Source: Candidatus Altiarchaeales archaeon
Lineage (GTDB): Archaea; Altiarchaeota; Altiarchaeia; IMC4; QMZM01
DNA length: 59,420 nucleotides
NCBI GenBank assembly: GCA_023252215.1
Contig: JAHEXG010000004.1
Location: 1-59,420 of the forward strand
Reading direction: 5' to 3'
The position numbers and the translations under genes are program-made. Shown here piece by piece: positions 9,162 to 19,028 of this stretch. The notes below the pieces were generated by a model that did no database searches, had not been told where the DNA came from, and was given only the letters and a program-made list of their open reading frames with translations. Within the stretch, counting starts at the first letter, position 1, and each line of letters starts with the position of its first letter.

Positions 9162-9317
9162 TTAGATTTTGCCCTCGCTCACAAGCTGCTCGAATCTCTC
9201 AAGCTGCGTAAGACGCACCATGAAGCGCTGCTTTATGTACTCGGGCCAGTTAATATCCGGGTGCTCGTTCATCTTATTCTTCAGATCGTCAGGTATATGC
9301 AAGGTAAAAGAGGCCAT
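9162..9317 (-). CDS. Small RHH antitoxin-like protein (51 aa, below the ORF-track cutoff)
   Basis: Manual translation MASFTLHIPDDLKNKMNEHPDINWPEYIKQRFMVRLTQLERFEQLVSEGKI*. Ends 2 bp before the next ATG. Confidence 0.72.
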   Translation of the reverse strand: MASFTLHIPDDLKNKMNEHPDINWPEYIKQRFMVRLTQLERFEQLVSEGKI

Positions 9318-9372
9318 CTTTTGATACACACGATTATGTATATAGAATAGATTATGTGGATAAAAAGCAGGG

Positions 9373-10659
9373 TTAATTCATTGCCTCTTCAAGCCACGCC
9401 TTCCCTTCGTCAACGATCTTCTCTAAGGCGTTCTTGTCCCTTCCCTCGGCAGTGATCCGCATGTAAGGCTCAGTCCCTGACGGCCTTATCAATATCCATC
9501 CTTCGGGCTTTGTGATACGTATCCCGTCTGTGTAGTCGACGTTCTTCTGGCCTTTTAGTTTCTTTTTCAGTTTTTCCATTGCCTTCTTTTTGTCCACTTC
9601 TTTGCATGGGATCTTCAGCCTTTCGGTGGGGTATTCTTTTATCTCTTTGAGCCGTTCGTAGAACACGCCTTCTGCGAGCATCTTTGCAACGTATGCGGCA
9701 GTCAGCGGCCCGTCGGGGAAGAGGTGCACTTCCGGGAATATGTATGAGCCGGATGGTTCTCCGCCGAAATCCGCATTCTCGCGGACGATCGCGTTTGCAA
9801 CTGCTACGTCTCCTACGGCTGTGCGTATGACTTTTTTGCATACGTCCTCTATTCGCATGGACGCATCGACCGTGGTCACGACCTTTTTCTTCCCATAAGC
9901 TAGCACTGAAAGGAATGAGTCCCAGTCTATGAGCTTGCCTTTTTTGTTGATCGCAGCAGACCTGTCTGCGTCTCCGTCGTGGACTATGCCGACTTCTGCG
10001 CCTGATTCCTTTACCATCTTGCATACGCTTACGAGGTTTTCGGCTCGGGGTTCCAGGTCGTGCGGGAATTCTCCGTCGATGTTCGTATTGACTGTGATGA
10101 CCTCGCAGCCCATCCTTTCAAGGAGCTTTGGAGTGACGACAGACCCTGCGCCGCCTGCGCAGTCGATGAATACCTTTACTTTGCGTTTGACCTTTCCCGC
10201 CTTCTTCAGTACGAGGTCTATGTATTTGTCGACGTACGCTTCTTCTGTGAGTTTTCCGTAGGGCTTTTCTTTTAGGAATTTTTTTGAATAGAACAGTTTC
10301 TCCAGGTCTTCTTCCTGCTTGGCAGAGTACGAGCCTTTCGGACCCAAAAGCTTGAAGCCGTTGTATTCCGGGGGGTTGTGGGATGCTGTGATCATCACGC
10401 CCGTGCCGTGTTCCATGGCCGCTATTCCCACGACAGGCGTCGGAACGATGCCGAGCAGCACGACGTCTTTGCCCACTGAAAGTATCCCCGAAGTCAGCGC
10501 ATATTCCAGGCGCGGCCCGGACTTGCGCGTGTCCCTGCCTACTGCTATCGTTTTGTCCTTTGAATATGTTCCGATGGCTCTTCCCAGGTCGTATGCGTAA
10601 TCGTTGGTCAATTCGTCCGATTTTTTGCGGATGCCTGACGTTCCGAACAGTTTTTCCAT
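9373..10659 (-). CDS. glmM: Phosphoglucosamine mutase / phosphomannomutase family
   Basis: LFGTSGIR, ITASHNPPEYNG, HDGDADR, RPSGTEP. Start at MEKLFG. Confidence 0.88.
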   Translation of the reverse strand: MEKLFGTSGIRKKSDELTNDYAYDLGRAIGTYSKDKTIAVGRDTRKSGPRLEYALTSGILSVGKDVVLLGIVPTPVVGIAAMEHGTGVMITASHNPPEYNGFKLLGPKGSYSAKQEEDLEKLFYSKKFLKEKPYGKLTEEAYVDKYIDLVLKKAGKVKRKVKVFIDCAGGAGSVVTPKLLERMGCEVITVNTNIDGEFPHDLEPRAENLVSVCKMVKESGAEVGIVHDGDADRSAAINKKGKLIDWDSFLSVLAYGKKKVVTTVDASMRIEDVCKKVIRTAVGDVAVANAIVRENADFGGEPSGSYIFPEVHLFPDGPLTAAYVAKMLAEGVFYERLKEIKEYPTERLKIPCKEVDKKKAMEKLKKKLKGQKNVDYTDGIRITKPEGWILIRPSGTEPYMRITAEGRDKNALEKIVDEGKAWLEEAMN

Positions 10660-10780
10660 TCTCGGGTTATTTTTTTTTGTTTTTCGCTGCGAAAAAGGGA
10701 TCAAATAGTGCTGAAACTTTATTTGCCGGCAGGTCTGATTATCGGTCCCGCAGCCTGACGGCATTTTAGCAGAACGAGAT

Positions 10781-11410
10781 TCAGTGCATCGCCTTTGACT
10801 TTCTCAAAGCCACTACGTATGCGTCTCCTGTAGCATATACGAGTATCAGCAGCGCAGATGCCATGACTGGACGGATAGCGGGCAGTAATTCGTCGAATTC
10901 CACGAAGACGCGGTACAGGAAATAGACGAGCGGCAGATATATCAGTAGCAGAGCTATGCCCTTTACTTTCTGGCTGTTGTACACCTGCCCGATGCCGGGC
11001 AGAAAAAAGCTAAGCCAAGCCGCAATACCCGGCCTATCACTTGGCGCCTTCTTGAGATTGGCGGCAGGCCGATGTCTTTTTTCAACCATTTCATCTAGGC
11101 CTTCGTTGTATTTTTCCCGCCTGAAGGAAAAGAATTTTTCGTAGGCCTTCTCGTGAATGAATGTCTTAGGCTCGCCAGTATACCCGCAGTCTATGCAGTA
11201 ATATACGCCGGTCTTGGACGCATTCCCGCCTCCGGGCGGATCGGATAGGTCCAGTCCTCCGCAGTTGGGGCATGCGTGGACCTTTCCTTTTTTCTTTAGA
11301 AGCGTAGAAGCCATTGATCTGTCGTCATCGGATAGGGATGTTTCCAGTTTGTGCTGGGCATGTCTCCTGCCGTGTTTCGGAGTATTTTCCTCCGTGCGTT
11401 TGGAAGTCAT
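10781..11410 (-). CDS. Zn-ribbon plus TM2-domain membrane protein
   Basis: CPNCGG...CIDCGY; PGIAAWLSFFLPGIGQVYN..KGI TM2 motif. Confidence 0.72.
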   Translation of the reverse strand: MTSKRTEENTPKHGRRHAQHKLETSLSDDDRSMASTLLKKKGKVHACPNCGGLDLSDPPGGGNASKTGVYYCIDCGYTGEPKTFIHEKAYEKFFSFRREKYNEGLDEMVEKRHRPAANLKKAPSDRPGIAAWLSFFLPGIGQVYNSQKVKGIALLLIYLPLVYFLYRVFVEFDELLPAIRPVMASALLILVYATGDAYVVALRKSKAMH

Positions 11411-11447
11411 TTTAACAGATAATATTGTTAGATAATGACACATATGA

Positions 11448-12398
11448 CTATTTATTCTTTAAAAGCATGATTCTTGCCAGCAGAGCCTCAAGCTGTATTC
11501 TTTCGTTCGCGCCCTCCACAAGTGTGAAGTTTGCCTCGCCTACGAGGTCTATTATTTTCACCTTTGTCTCGTCAGGAACATTTGGAAGGTTCATCACCTC
11601 CCGGTTCATCTGGAGCAGTATGTCTTCACCGGACATGCCGTAGGAGGTCATCAGGCGGTCCACAAGGTTTCTTGCGTCAAGGAATTTAGCGCACAAAGCC
11701 ATCTCTATTACGCTCTGTATGTCCTTGGGACGGGCAGCAGACGACGTAGAATATACGTTCTTCTCATCCACTTTTCCAAGGGTCGCAGCAGACTGCAAAA
11801 TATTGACCGCATGCCTTACGTCGCCTTCGGCGATATAAGCCACTGCATCAAGGCCGGCATCGTCAAATTCTACTTTCTCATGCTCAAGTATATGCTTCAA
11901 CCGCTTCTTAATCGTCTCGCGGGAAAGCCTCTTAAAGCGGAAAACAGAGCAACGGGACTGGATAGGCTCGATTATCTTCGATGAATAATTGCATGAGAGT
12001 ATAAAGCGGCAGGTCTGCGTGTAGCTCTCCATGGTCCGGCGCAGGGCGTTCTGTGCGTCGTTCGTAAGGGCGTCCGCTTCATCCAAAAAGATTATCTTGA
12101 ATTCCCCGTTTATGGGGCGGGTCCTGGCAAAGTCCCGGATCTTCGTCCTCACGACGTCTATTCCCCGCTCGTCGGATGCGTTCATCTCCATGAAATCATG
12201 GGACAGATCGCCTGCGAAAAGCTCTCTTGCAAGGCATAACGTAGCAGTGGTTTTCCCGCTGCCGGCAGGTCCTGCGAACAGTAGATGCGGCATGGAGCGG
12301 GCTTTAACGTATGCTTCGAGTCGATCGATGATCGCTTCCTGACCGACCATGTCCTTAAGCTTCACAGGCCGGTATTTCTCTGTCCAGGGTAGTTCCAT
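11448..12398 (-). CDS. rfcS: Replication factor C small subunit
   Basis: PWTEKYRP, GPAGSGKT, MNASDERGID, DEAD, SRC motif. Confidence 0.96.
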   Translation of the reverse strand: MELPWTEKYRPVKLKDMVGQEAIIDRLEAYVKARSMPHLLFAGPAGSGKTTATLCLARELFAGDLSHDFMEMNASDERGIDVVRTKIRDFARTRPINGEFKIIFLDEADALTNDAQNALRRTMESYTQTCRFILSCNYSSKIIEPIQSRCSVFRFKRLSRETIKKRLKHILEHEKVEFDDAGLDAVAYIAEGDVRHAVNILQSAATLGKVDEKNVYSTSSAARPKDIQSVIEMALCAKFLDARNLVDRLMTSYGMSGEDILLQMNREVMNLPNVPDETKVKIIDLVGEANFTLVEGANERIQLEALLARIMLLKNK

Positions 12399-12486
12399 TA
12401 TGTTAGAAAATTGGAAGGCTTCAATAAAAACCAAATTTAATCCTCTACGTTTTAATTATAGTCATCTAAGGTTTTTTGTTTGGGAA

Positions 12487-15400
12487 ATGGCTCAGCTTAA
12501 TCTGCGGGAAATAGAAAAAGAGGTAAAGGATTACTGGACTGAGAAGGATATCTATAACGCAGTAATTGAGTCCCGCAGGGGGGGAAAGAAGTTCTATTTC
12601 TGCCAGGGCCCGCCCTTCACAAGCGGACAAGCACACGTAGGCCACGCCTGGAATACGACAATAAAAGATTGGGTAATCCGTTATCAAACAATGCAGGGCT
12701 GCGACGTCTTTCGCCGCGCTGGCTGGGACATGCACGGTCTCCCGATCGAAGTCAAGGTCGAGGAGACGGTTCTGAAGACCAGGTCGAAGAAGGACATCGA
12801 AGAATACGGCGTCGGGAATTTCATATCAGAGTGTAAAAAATTCGCCATACGGAACATGAACAGCATGACCGTCCAACTGAGCAGGCTGGGCGCATGGTTG
12901 GACTGGGATGATCCTTACATGACTCTTGACAGAAAATACATGGAGAGCGTTTGGTATGGCATAAAGAAGGCGAATGACAAGGGCCTGCTCTACGAGGATA
13001 AACAGGTCATCCACTGGTGTCCGAGATGCGAGACTGCCGTTGCCGGATACGAGGTAAAGGATGAATACAAGGAAGTTACGGATCATTCCATCTATGTCAA
13101 GGCCAAGGTAAAAGGCAAAGACAACGAATATGTGTTGGTCTGGACTACGACTCCTTGGACTCTTCCTGCGAACGTGGCCATCGCTGTGAATCCCGGATAC
13201 CAGTATGTAAAGGTTAGCTACAAAGGAGAATCGTTGTTATTGGTCAAGGATAGGCTTACTGCGGTTCTTAAGAAAGATTATAAAATAATAGAGGAATTTC
13301 CGGGAAGCAAGCTCGAAGGCCTGGAATATGCGCCCATCCTGGACATACCCCTGCAGAAGGACATAACACACAAGGTCGTTCTCGCGCCAGAAGCAGTTAC
13401 CCTTGAAGACGGAACAGGTTGCGTGCACATCGCCCCGGGCCACGGGGAAGAAGACGCTAAGATAGGGAAAAAGTACGGACTCGTTTCTCCTTCGCCCGTA
13501 GACGAGACAGGGAAGCTTACCGTTGAGCCCTATACGGGAACGTATATCCGTGATGCCAACGGCATAATCATAAAGGACTTGGAGAAAACAGGAAAGCTCC
13601 TGCGCGAAGAAACTATCTCGCACCGCTACCCGCACTGTTGGAGATGCAAGACGCCGCTCATAATGAGGTCTACCAAGCAGTGGTTCCTCTCTGTTTCCAA
13701 GATACGCGAACAGCTTCTGGAGAATAACAAGGGAGTGGATTGGGTGCCTGAATGGATCGGTTCCGGCCGATTTGAGAACTGGCTTTCCAATGCAAAGGAC
13801 TGGTGCATTTCCCGGCAGAGGTACTGGAATACGCCTCTCCCGGTATGGACCTGCGAATGCGGGAATATCGAGGTCATAGGCTCTGTAAAGGAACTGGCCG
13901 AAAAGTCCGCCCATGAGTTGGATACGGACTCGTTAGACCTTCACAGGCCCTACATAGATATGGTGCACCTCAAATGCAAGTGCGGAAAAGAGATGCACAG
14001 GGTAAAAGACGTACTCGACGTATGGATAGATTCGGGCTCCGCCTCGTGGGCTAACCTGGGTTTCCCGCATGATAAGGCCCAATTTGGGCGTTTGTTTCCC
14101 ATGGATTTCATAACCGAGGGAAGCGACCAGACTAGGGGATGGTTCTATTCTCTGTTGGTGATGTCCACGATAACATTCGACAAAGCGCCCTACAAGAGGG
14201 TCCTGTATCACGGTTTCTCGCTCGACGCCGAGGGAAAGAAGATGAGCAAGTCCCTGGGCAATACCGTAGACCCGATGGAAGTCATGGACAAACACGGAGC
14301 GGACGTATTCAGGTTCTATGTGCTCTCCGCAAACGCTCCATGGGACGACCTGTGCTTCTCATGGGACGGCCTGATAGCAGTAGAACGCAACCTTAACATA
14401 CTATGGAACGTATACTCCTTCGCAGACACCTACATGAAGCTGGACAAATATGATCCAAGCAGGGACTATGTGATGGAGCTTGCAACAGAGGATAAATGGA
14501 TACTCTCCAGGTACAACACCCTGGTAAAAGACGTATCGTCCGCAGCCGAGAAACTTTATCCGCACGAGTACTGCAGGCCCATAAACGAATACGTGCTTGA
14601 ATTGTCCCGCTGGTATGTCAAACTCATCAGAGACCGGGTCTGGATGGAAGGCGAAGACCCAAGAAAGATGTCAGTGCACTATACGATGCACACCGTCCTG
14701 ACGGGTCTCTCGCTCCTGCTGGCGCCTGTGACGCCTCATTACTCAGAATACATGTACCGCAAGTTGACAGGCGAAAGAAGCGTCCACATGCAGAAATGGC
14801 CCGTGGCGGATGAATCCGTGATAGATGCGGCCTTGGAGAAGAACATGGCGGTTGCGCAGCAGATAGTGGAATGCGTGAATGCCGCAAGACAGACCGCAGG
14901 AATAAAGCTGCGCTGGCCGATATCTAGGATTATGATAGCCCTGAAAGAAGACTATGACATGAAGCCCTACGAAGCGATAATACTCAAGTCCTGCAACGCA
15001 AAATCCCTGGAGTTGAAAGACGTGAAAGCAGGGATAGCGGTGAAACCCAATCTTACAACTGTGGGCCCAAAGTACAAGAAGGATGCCGGAAAGATAATGC
15101 AGCACCTCAAAACAGTTGATGCCGCCAAGGTCAAAGAACAAGTAGACAAAACGGGCAGTTACAAGATAGACGCTATCGTCTTGGAAGCATCCGACCTATT
15201 ATTCGAGTCAAAGATGCCCGAAGACCTCGTCGCCCAGGAATTCTCAGGCGGCATGGTCTACATAGACTCCAAGATGGACCCGCATCTCATGTCCGAATCC
15301 ATGGCAAGAGAGGCTATTAGAAGGATACAGGCCATGAGAAAGGAAATGAACCTGCAGGAAATGCAGACAGTGAAAACATTCATCGAATGCGACCAGGAAT

Positions 15401-15543
15401 TCGCAAAATACGTCCAAGAGAACAAACAGGCGATCGAAAAGGAAACCAGAAGCAGCGTAAACCTTGAAAAAGCCGCCTGCGCAGGATTTGAGAGGGTCTG
15501 GGACATAGAGGGTAGCGAGATAAAGATAACGGTAGTAAAATAA
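12487..15543 (+). CDS. ileS: Isoleucine--tRNA ligase
   Basis: GPPFTSGQAHVGH, GWDMHGLP, WTTTPWTLP, DWCISRQRYW, EGSDQTRGWF, KMSKS. Confidence 0.97.
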   Translation: MAQLNLREIEKEVKDYWTEKDIYNAVIESRRGGKKFYFCQGPPFTSGQAHVGHAWNTTIKDWVIRYQTMQGCDVFRRAGWDMHGLPIEVKVEETVLKTRSKKDIEEYGVGNFISECKKFAIRNMNSMTVQLSRLGAWLDWDDPYMTLDRKYMESVWYGIKKANDKGLLYEDKQVIHWCPRCETAVAGYEVKDEYKEVTDHSIYVKAKVKGKDNEYVLVWTTTPWTLPANVAIAVNPGYQYVKVSYKGESLLLVKDRLTAVLKKDYKIIEEFPGSKLEGLEYAPILDIPLQKDITHKVVLAPEAVTLEDGTGCVHIAPGHGEEDAKIGKKYGLVSPSPVDETGKLTVEPYTGTYIRDANGIIIKDLEKTGKLLREETISHRYPHCWRCKTPLIMRSTKQWFLSVSKIREQLLENNKGVDWVPEWIGSGRFENWLSNAKDWCISRQRYWNTPLPVWTCECGNIEVIGSVKELAEKSAHELDTDSLDLHRPYIDMVHLKCKCGKEMHRVKDVLDVWIDSGSASWANLGFPHDKAQFGRLFPMDFITEGSDQTRGWFYSLLVMSTITFDKAPYKRVLYHGFSLDAEGKKMSKSLGNTVDPMEVMDKHGADVFRFYVLSANAPWDDLCFSWDGLIAVERNLNILWNVYSFADTYMKLDKYDPSRDYVMELATEDKWILSRYNTLVKDVSSAAEKLYPHEYCRPINEYVLELSRWYVKLIRDRVWMEGEDPRKMSVHYTMHTVLTGLSLLLAPVTPHYSEYMYRKLTGERSVHMQKWPVADESVIDAALEKNMAVAQQIVECVNAARQTAGIKLRWPISRIMIALKEDYDMKPYEAIILKSCNAKSLELKDVKAGIAVKPNLTTVGPKYKKDAGKIMQHLKTVDAAKVKEQVDKTGSYKIDAIVLEASDLLFESKMPEDLVAQEFSGGMVYIDSKMDPHLMSESMAREAIRRIQAMRKEMNLQEMQTVKTFIECDQEFAKYVQENKQAIEKETRSSVNLEKAACAGFERVWDIEGSEIKITVVK

Positions 15544-15618
15544 TAGACCCATATTTTAAGCGTGAAATTCTATTAATAATACTCTTATCTTAGATTATTC
15601 TATTTATTTTTTGGAAAG

Positions 15619-15903
15619 ATGAAAGGATCAAAAGGTTATAGGCGGAAGAGCAGGGGGATAAGGGTCGCACCGAGGGACAGGGGCAAAGTCCATATTAAGA
15701 GGTATATGAAGGACTTTTCCGAGTCTGACCGGGTATCGATAGACATCGATGCTGCCTTCCAGAACATACCCCATCCAAGGTTCCAGGGTAGAAGCGGCCG
15801 GGTAGTCGGAAAACAGGGCAGAGCCTATTTTGTCCAAATATTTGACGGGAGTATGGAGAAAAAGCTCCTTGTCAATCCAGAACATCTAGTGTCCCTGAAA
15901 TAA
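15619..15903 (+). CDS. rpl21e: 50S ribosomal protein L21e
   Basis: SKGYRRKSR...PHPRFQGRSGRVVGKQGRAY...PEHL. Confidence 0.95.
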   Translation: MKGSKGYRRKSRGIRVAPRDRGKVHIKRYMKDFSESDRVSIDIDAAFQNIPHPRFQGRSGRVVGKQGRAYFVQIFDGSMEKKLLVNPEHLVSLK

Positions 15904-15929
15904 GGGATTTTTTCTGTAGGTGATAAAAC

Positions 15930-16274
15930 ATGAATGTTATTGCTGAAAAAAACGTTACTCTTGCAGAGGTCAAAAATATCCTCAAAGACAAGAAAAAGGA
16001 ATACGAAGACGCCGGAAAAGAGCTGTTCTACGAGCAGAAGAGGGCATATGACCATGCGACCAAGGCCGCGAAGCTGAGCATGAAGGATGCTAAAAAACTG
16101 GTGGAGGAAGTAAAAGCCGTAGGCCTTTCGCTTTCCGAAGACCAGATAATAAAGATAGTAGACCTCTTACCTGAGACTGTTGACGACGTAAGGGCCATCT
16201 TCGCAAAAGAGAGGTTCAAGTACACAGAAGAAGACATCACAAAGATACTGGATGTCGTGGCTCATTACAGATAA
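15930..16274 (+). CDS. rpoF: RNA polymerase subunit F (Rpo4)
   Basis: TLAEVK...YEQKRA...KIVDLLPETVDDVRAIFAKE; conserved rpl21e-rpoF-DUF655 synteny. Confidence 0.92.
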   Translation: MNVIAEKNVTLAEVKNILKDKKKEYEDAGKELFYEQKRAYDHATKAAKLSMKDAKKLVEEVKAVGLSLSEDQIIKIVDLLPETVDDVRAIFAKERFKYTEEDITKILDVVAHYR

Positions 16275-16300
16275 TTCTGTATAAAAGGGGGTTAGGTAAA

Positions 16301-16873
16301 ATGAGAAAAGACGAATACGTCCGCATTCTGGATTATCTGCCGAGAGGCAAGTCCGATGTCCCGCCGCATAAGCGCAAACCCATAGCCCAGGCAGTCGGGG
16401 AAAAATATTTCTCCCTGCTGGAACTCGTGCCAAGAGAGGGGATGGGATTCGAACAAGGGGAAAGGATATACATCGGAGAAGGCGCCAGGGACCGCGTAGA
16501 CCACATCGAGAGAAGGATAAAATATGAATGGCTCACGCCAACCGCCAAATCCGAGCTTCCCTTCATCCTGGAAAAAGCCATAAAAGACAATGAGGCAGAG
16601 TTCATAGCTTTCTATAACACCGCAGGAACCATAAGCACGAGGCAGCACAAGCTGGAAGTCATGCCCAGGATAGGCAAAAGACACAGAGACGACATCTTAA
16701 AAGAACGGGAGGCTATGCCATTCAAGGATTTTGCCGACATGCAGAACAGGCTGAAAAGCGTCCCGGACCCGGTGAGGATCATCGCCGACAAAATAGTAGA
16801 GGAACTACAAGGCCAAAGCAAATACTACCTATTCGTCACCTTGACAAAGGACATGAAGGACGAAAGATACTGA
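16301..16873 (+). CDS. DUF655 putative RNA-binding protein
   Basis: LDYLPRG...AQAVGEKYFSLLE...STRQHKLEVMPRIGK; synteny with rpoF. Confidence 0.9.
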   Translation: MRKDEYVRILDYLPRGKSDVPPHKRKPIAQAVGEKYFSLLELVPREGMGFEQGERIYIGEGARDRVDHIERRIKYEWLTPTAKSELPFILEKAIKDNEAEFIAFYNTAGTISTRQHKLEVMPRIGKRHRDDILKEREAMPFKDFADMQNRLKSVPDPVRIIADKIVEELQGQSKYYLFVTLTKDMKDERY

Positions 16874-17020
16874 CACATCAGATAGAATCCGGGCCTGATT
16901 CCTTTTTTCCCAAACCTTTTTACTGCGTTTTTCTCAAAACTACGCCTTCCAATCCACGGATTTCCTGATTTATCTACCTCTGAGCTGAAATTTTTATATC
17001 CTTTATAAACACCATCCAAT

Positions 17021-17512
17021 ATGTCCATCCCGATCTGCGCCATATGCGCCAAAACAGGAGTCCTATGCAACGCCTGCGAATCAAAGCTTGCCAAAGGACA
17101 GATAACTGCGATGGACGTAGAAGTGGCAAAGATATTCTACGAATCGGAGATGGAAGGAACAGGCTTTGAAAGAGCCCTGGATACGGGGGAATATATCATA
17201 ATCCTCGCCAAGAAAGAGAACATCGGAAAAATAATAGGCAAAGGCGGAGACAACATACGCATGATATCAAAGAAGCTCGGAAAGAAAGTCCGCGCAATAG
17301 GGACAGAAAGCCTCCAGGACACCATACGAGACTTCGTTGCCCCAGCCCAGATAAGCTCCGTAAACAAAGTCTACCGCCCGGACGGAACCAAGGTAACCCG
17401 CATACGCATAAACAAAGGCGACAAAAAGAGGCTGAGGATGGACATAAAAGAAATAGAACGACTCGTTTCCTCGCTCACCACAGACAAAATAGAAATATCA
17501 TTCGACGAATGA
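17021..17512 (+). CDS. NusA-like KH protein with N-terminal Zn finger (NusA2 type)
   Basis: PICAICAKTGVLCNAC; KH motif IGKIIGKGG..I..ISKKLGKKVR. Confidence 0.8.
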   Translation: MSIPICAICAKTGVLCNACESKLAKGQITAMDVEVAKIFYESEMEGTGFERALDTGEYIIILAKKENIGKIIGKGGDNIRMISKKLGKKVRAIGTESLQDTIRDFVAPAQISSVNKVYRPDGTKVTRIRINKGDKKRLRMDIKEIERLVSSLTTDKIEISFDE

Positions 17513-17522
17513 ATCCTTTAGG

Positions 17523-18257
17523 ATGGACTACATCAAGGACCTGATAAAAAAACAGGGAAAAGCCCATTTCACGCTGATAGACCCGGAAAACCAGCCGCCC
17601 GAGGAAGCCGGAAAATGCGCCAGGACATGCCAAGACTACGGCAGCAGCGCAGTGATGATAGGCGGCTCGACCGTAAAAGACGGAAAACTCGTATACAAGA
17701 CTGTCGAATCGATAAAGAAACAAACAAACCTCCCAACCATCCTTTTCCCCAATTCAGCGCAGGCGATCTCCGAAAACGCAGACTACATCTTCTACATGAT
17801 GCTCATGAACTCCACAGACCGCCGCTTCCTACTCGGAGAACAGATTAAAGCCGCGCCCAGCATAAAAAAATGGGGCATAAAACCCATATCCATGGGCTAC
17901 ATAATCGTGAGCATGAGCAAATATCCCACAACAGTCGAGAAGGCGGCAAGCCTGGACCGGATCACAGAAACAGACCTGGAAAAGGCAGTATCATACGCCC
18001 TTACCGCAGAATACCTCAACCTCCAATGCATCTACCTGGAAGCAGGCTCAGGCGCAGAAAAACCGGTTCCCAATGAGATGATAAAAGCAGTCAGAAAAGA
18101 AACAAACATACCGATCATAGTCGGCGGCGGGATAAGGGATGGAAAAACCGCAAAAGAAAAAACAGACGCCGGAGCAGACATCATAGTCAACGGATCGATC
18201 TGCGAAGAAGACTGCGGGAAAATCCGGGGGATCATAGGATCCATAAAAAATATTTGA
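17523..18257 (+). CDS. Geranylgeranylglyceryl phosphate synthase
   Basis: HFTLIDPE, MIGGST, ILFP, YLEAGSGA, IVGGGIR, AGADIIVNG. Confidence 0.93.
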   Translation: MDYIKDLIKKQGKAHFTLIDPENQPPEEAGKCARTCQDYGSSAVMIGGSTVKDGKLVYKTVESIKKQTNLPTILFPNSAQAISENADYIFYMMLMNSTDRRFLLGEQIKAAPSIKKWGIKPISMGYIIVSMSKYPTTVEKAASLDRITETDLEKAVSYALTAEYLNLQCIYLEAGSGAEKPVPNEMIKAVRKETNIPIIVGGGIRDGKTAKEKTDAGADIIVNGSICEEDCGKIRGIIGSIKNI

Positions 18258-18306
18258 GCCATGGTGGCGACATATAAACTGTTATGCTGCGACTGTATAT
18301 AGGGCC

Positions 18307-18314
18307 TTTATATA
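18307..18314 (+). promoter_or_regulatory. Consensus archaeal TATA box of the histone gene
   Basis: TTTATATA about 47 bp upstream of the histone ATG. Confidence 0.55.
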
Positions 18315-18360
18315 CTTCAAACGTAATAATTTTAACCCAACGATTTTTAGGTGTTTTACA

Positions 18361-18564
18361 ATGACAGGATTACCTCTAGCTACGGTCGAGCGGATAATGA
18401 GAACCGCCGGCGCCGACAGGATTTCTAACGATGCGGTAAAATCTGCCGCAGACAGGGCGGAAGAACTAATCAACACTTTGACAAAAGAAGCAGTCGTATT
18501 ATCCAAACATGCGGGTAGAAAGACCGTGACTTCCGAAGACATAGAGCTTGCATCCAAAAGATGA
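18361..18564 (+). CDS. Archaeal histone (HMf family)
   Basis: LPLATVERIMRTAGADRIS...HAGRKTVTSEDIELA. Confidence 0.96.
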   Translation: MTGLPLATVERIMRTAGADRISNDAVKSAADRAEELINTLTKEAVVLSKHAGRKTVTSEDIELASKR

Positions 18565-18947
18565 ACGTTCTAAAGTTCAAGAAGGGATACAAGAACTGGG
18601 AGACGACATACGAAGCGGAGCTCGACTACGAGTACTCCGCAAGTTTCGAGAAAAAGATCACCTCCCTCATACTCTACCGCCCGGATATGGGCCGCCGCGT
18701 ATCCATACCCTGGCAGGCGTTCGAGCAATTCACGCAGCCCGGAACAAACGGCGCATACGCCGACTCCGCAGGCCTGAAGATAAGATACGCAGACGGGGGG
18801 CTGATGGTATCTAACGGCCAGAATTTCTCGGTAAATATACAGCCGGATCAGGCCGCTGCGATAAAACGCGCGGCAAGGAACATCTCACAAAACGTTTCCT
18901 GCTCTGTGGAGAACATACTAAGAGAATACAGCAGCCACGTTGTTTAG
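18561..18947 (+). CDS. Hypothetical protein coupled to the histone gene
   Basis: ATGA overlap with the histone stop; host-like codon usage; no recognised motif. Confidence 0.65.
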   Translation: MNVLKFKKGYKNWETTYEAELDYEYSASFEKKITSLILYRPDMGRRVSIPWQAFEQFTQPGTNGAYADSAGLKIRYADGGLMVSNGQNFSVNIQPDQAAAIKRAARNISQNVSCSVENILREYSSHVV

Positions 18948-19028
18948 ACGATACAATAACTGCCGGAAGCGCCTATCTTCTTATTGAAAGGACCGGGTTT
19001 TTTATTCACGCACATACAAGTAATTACC

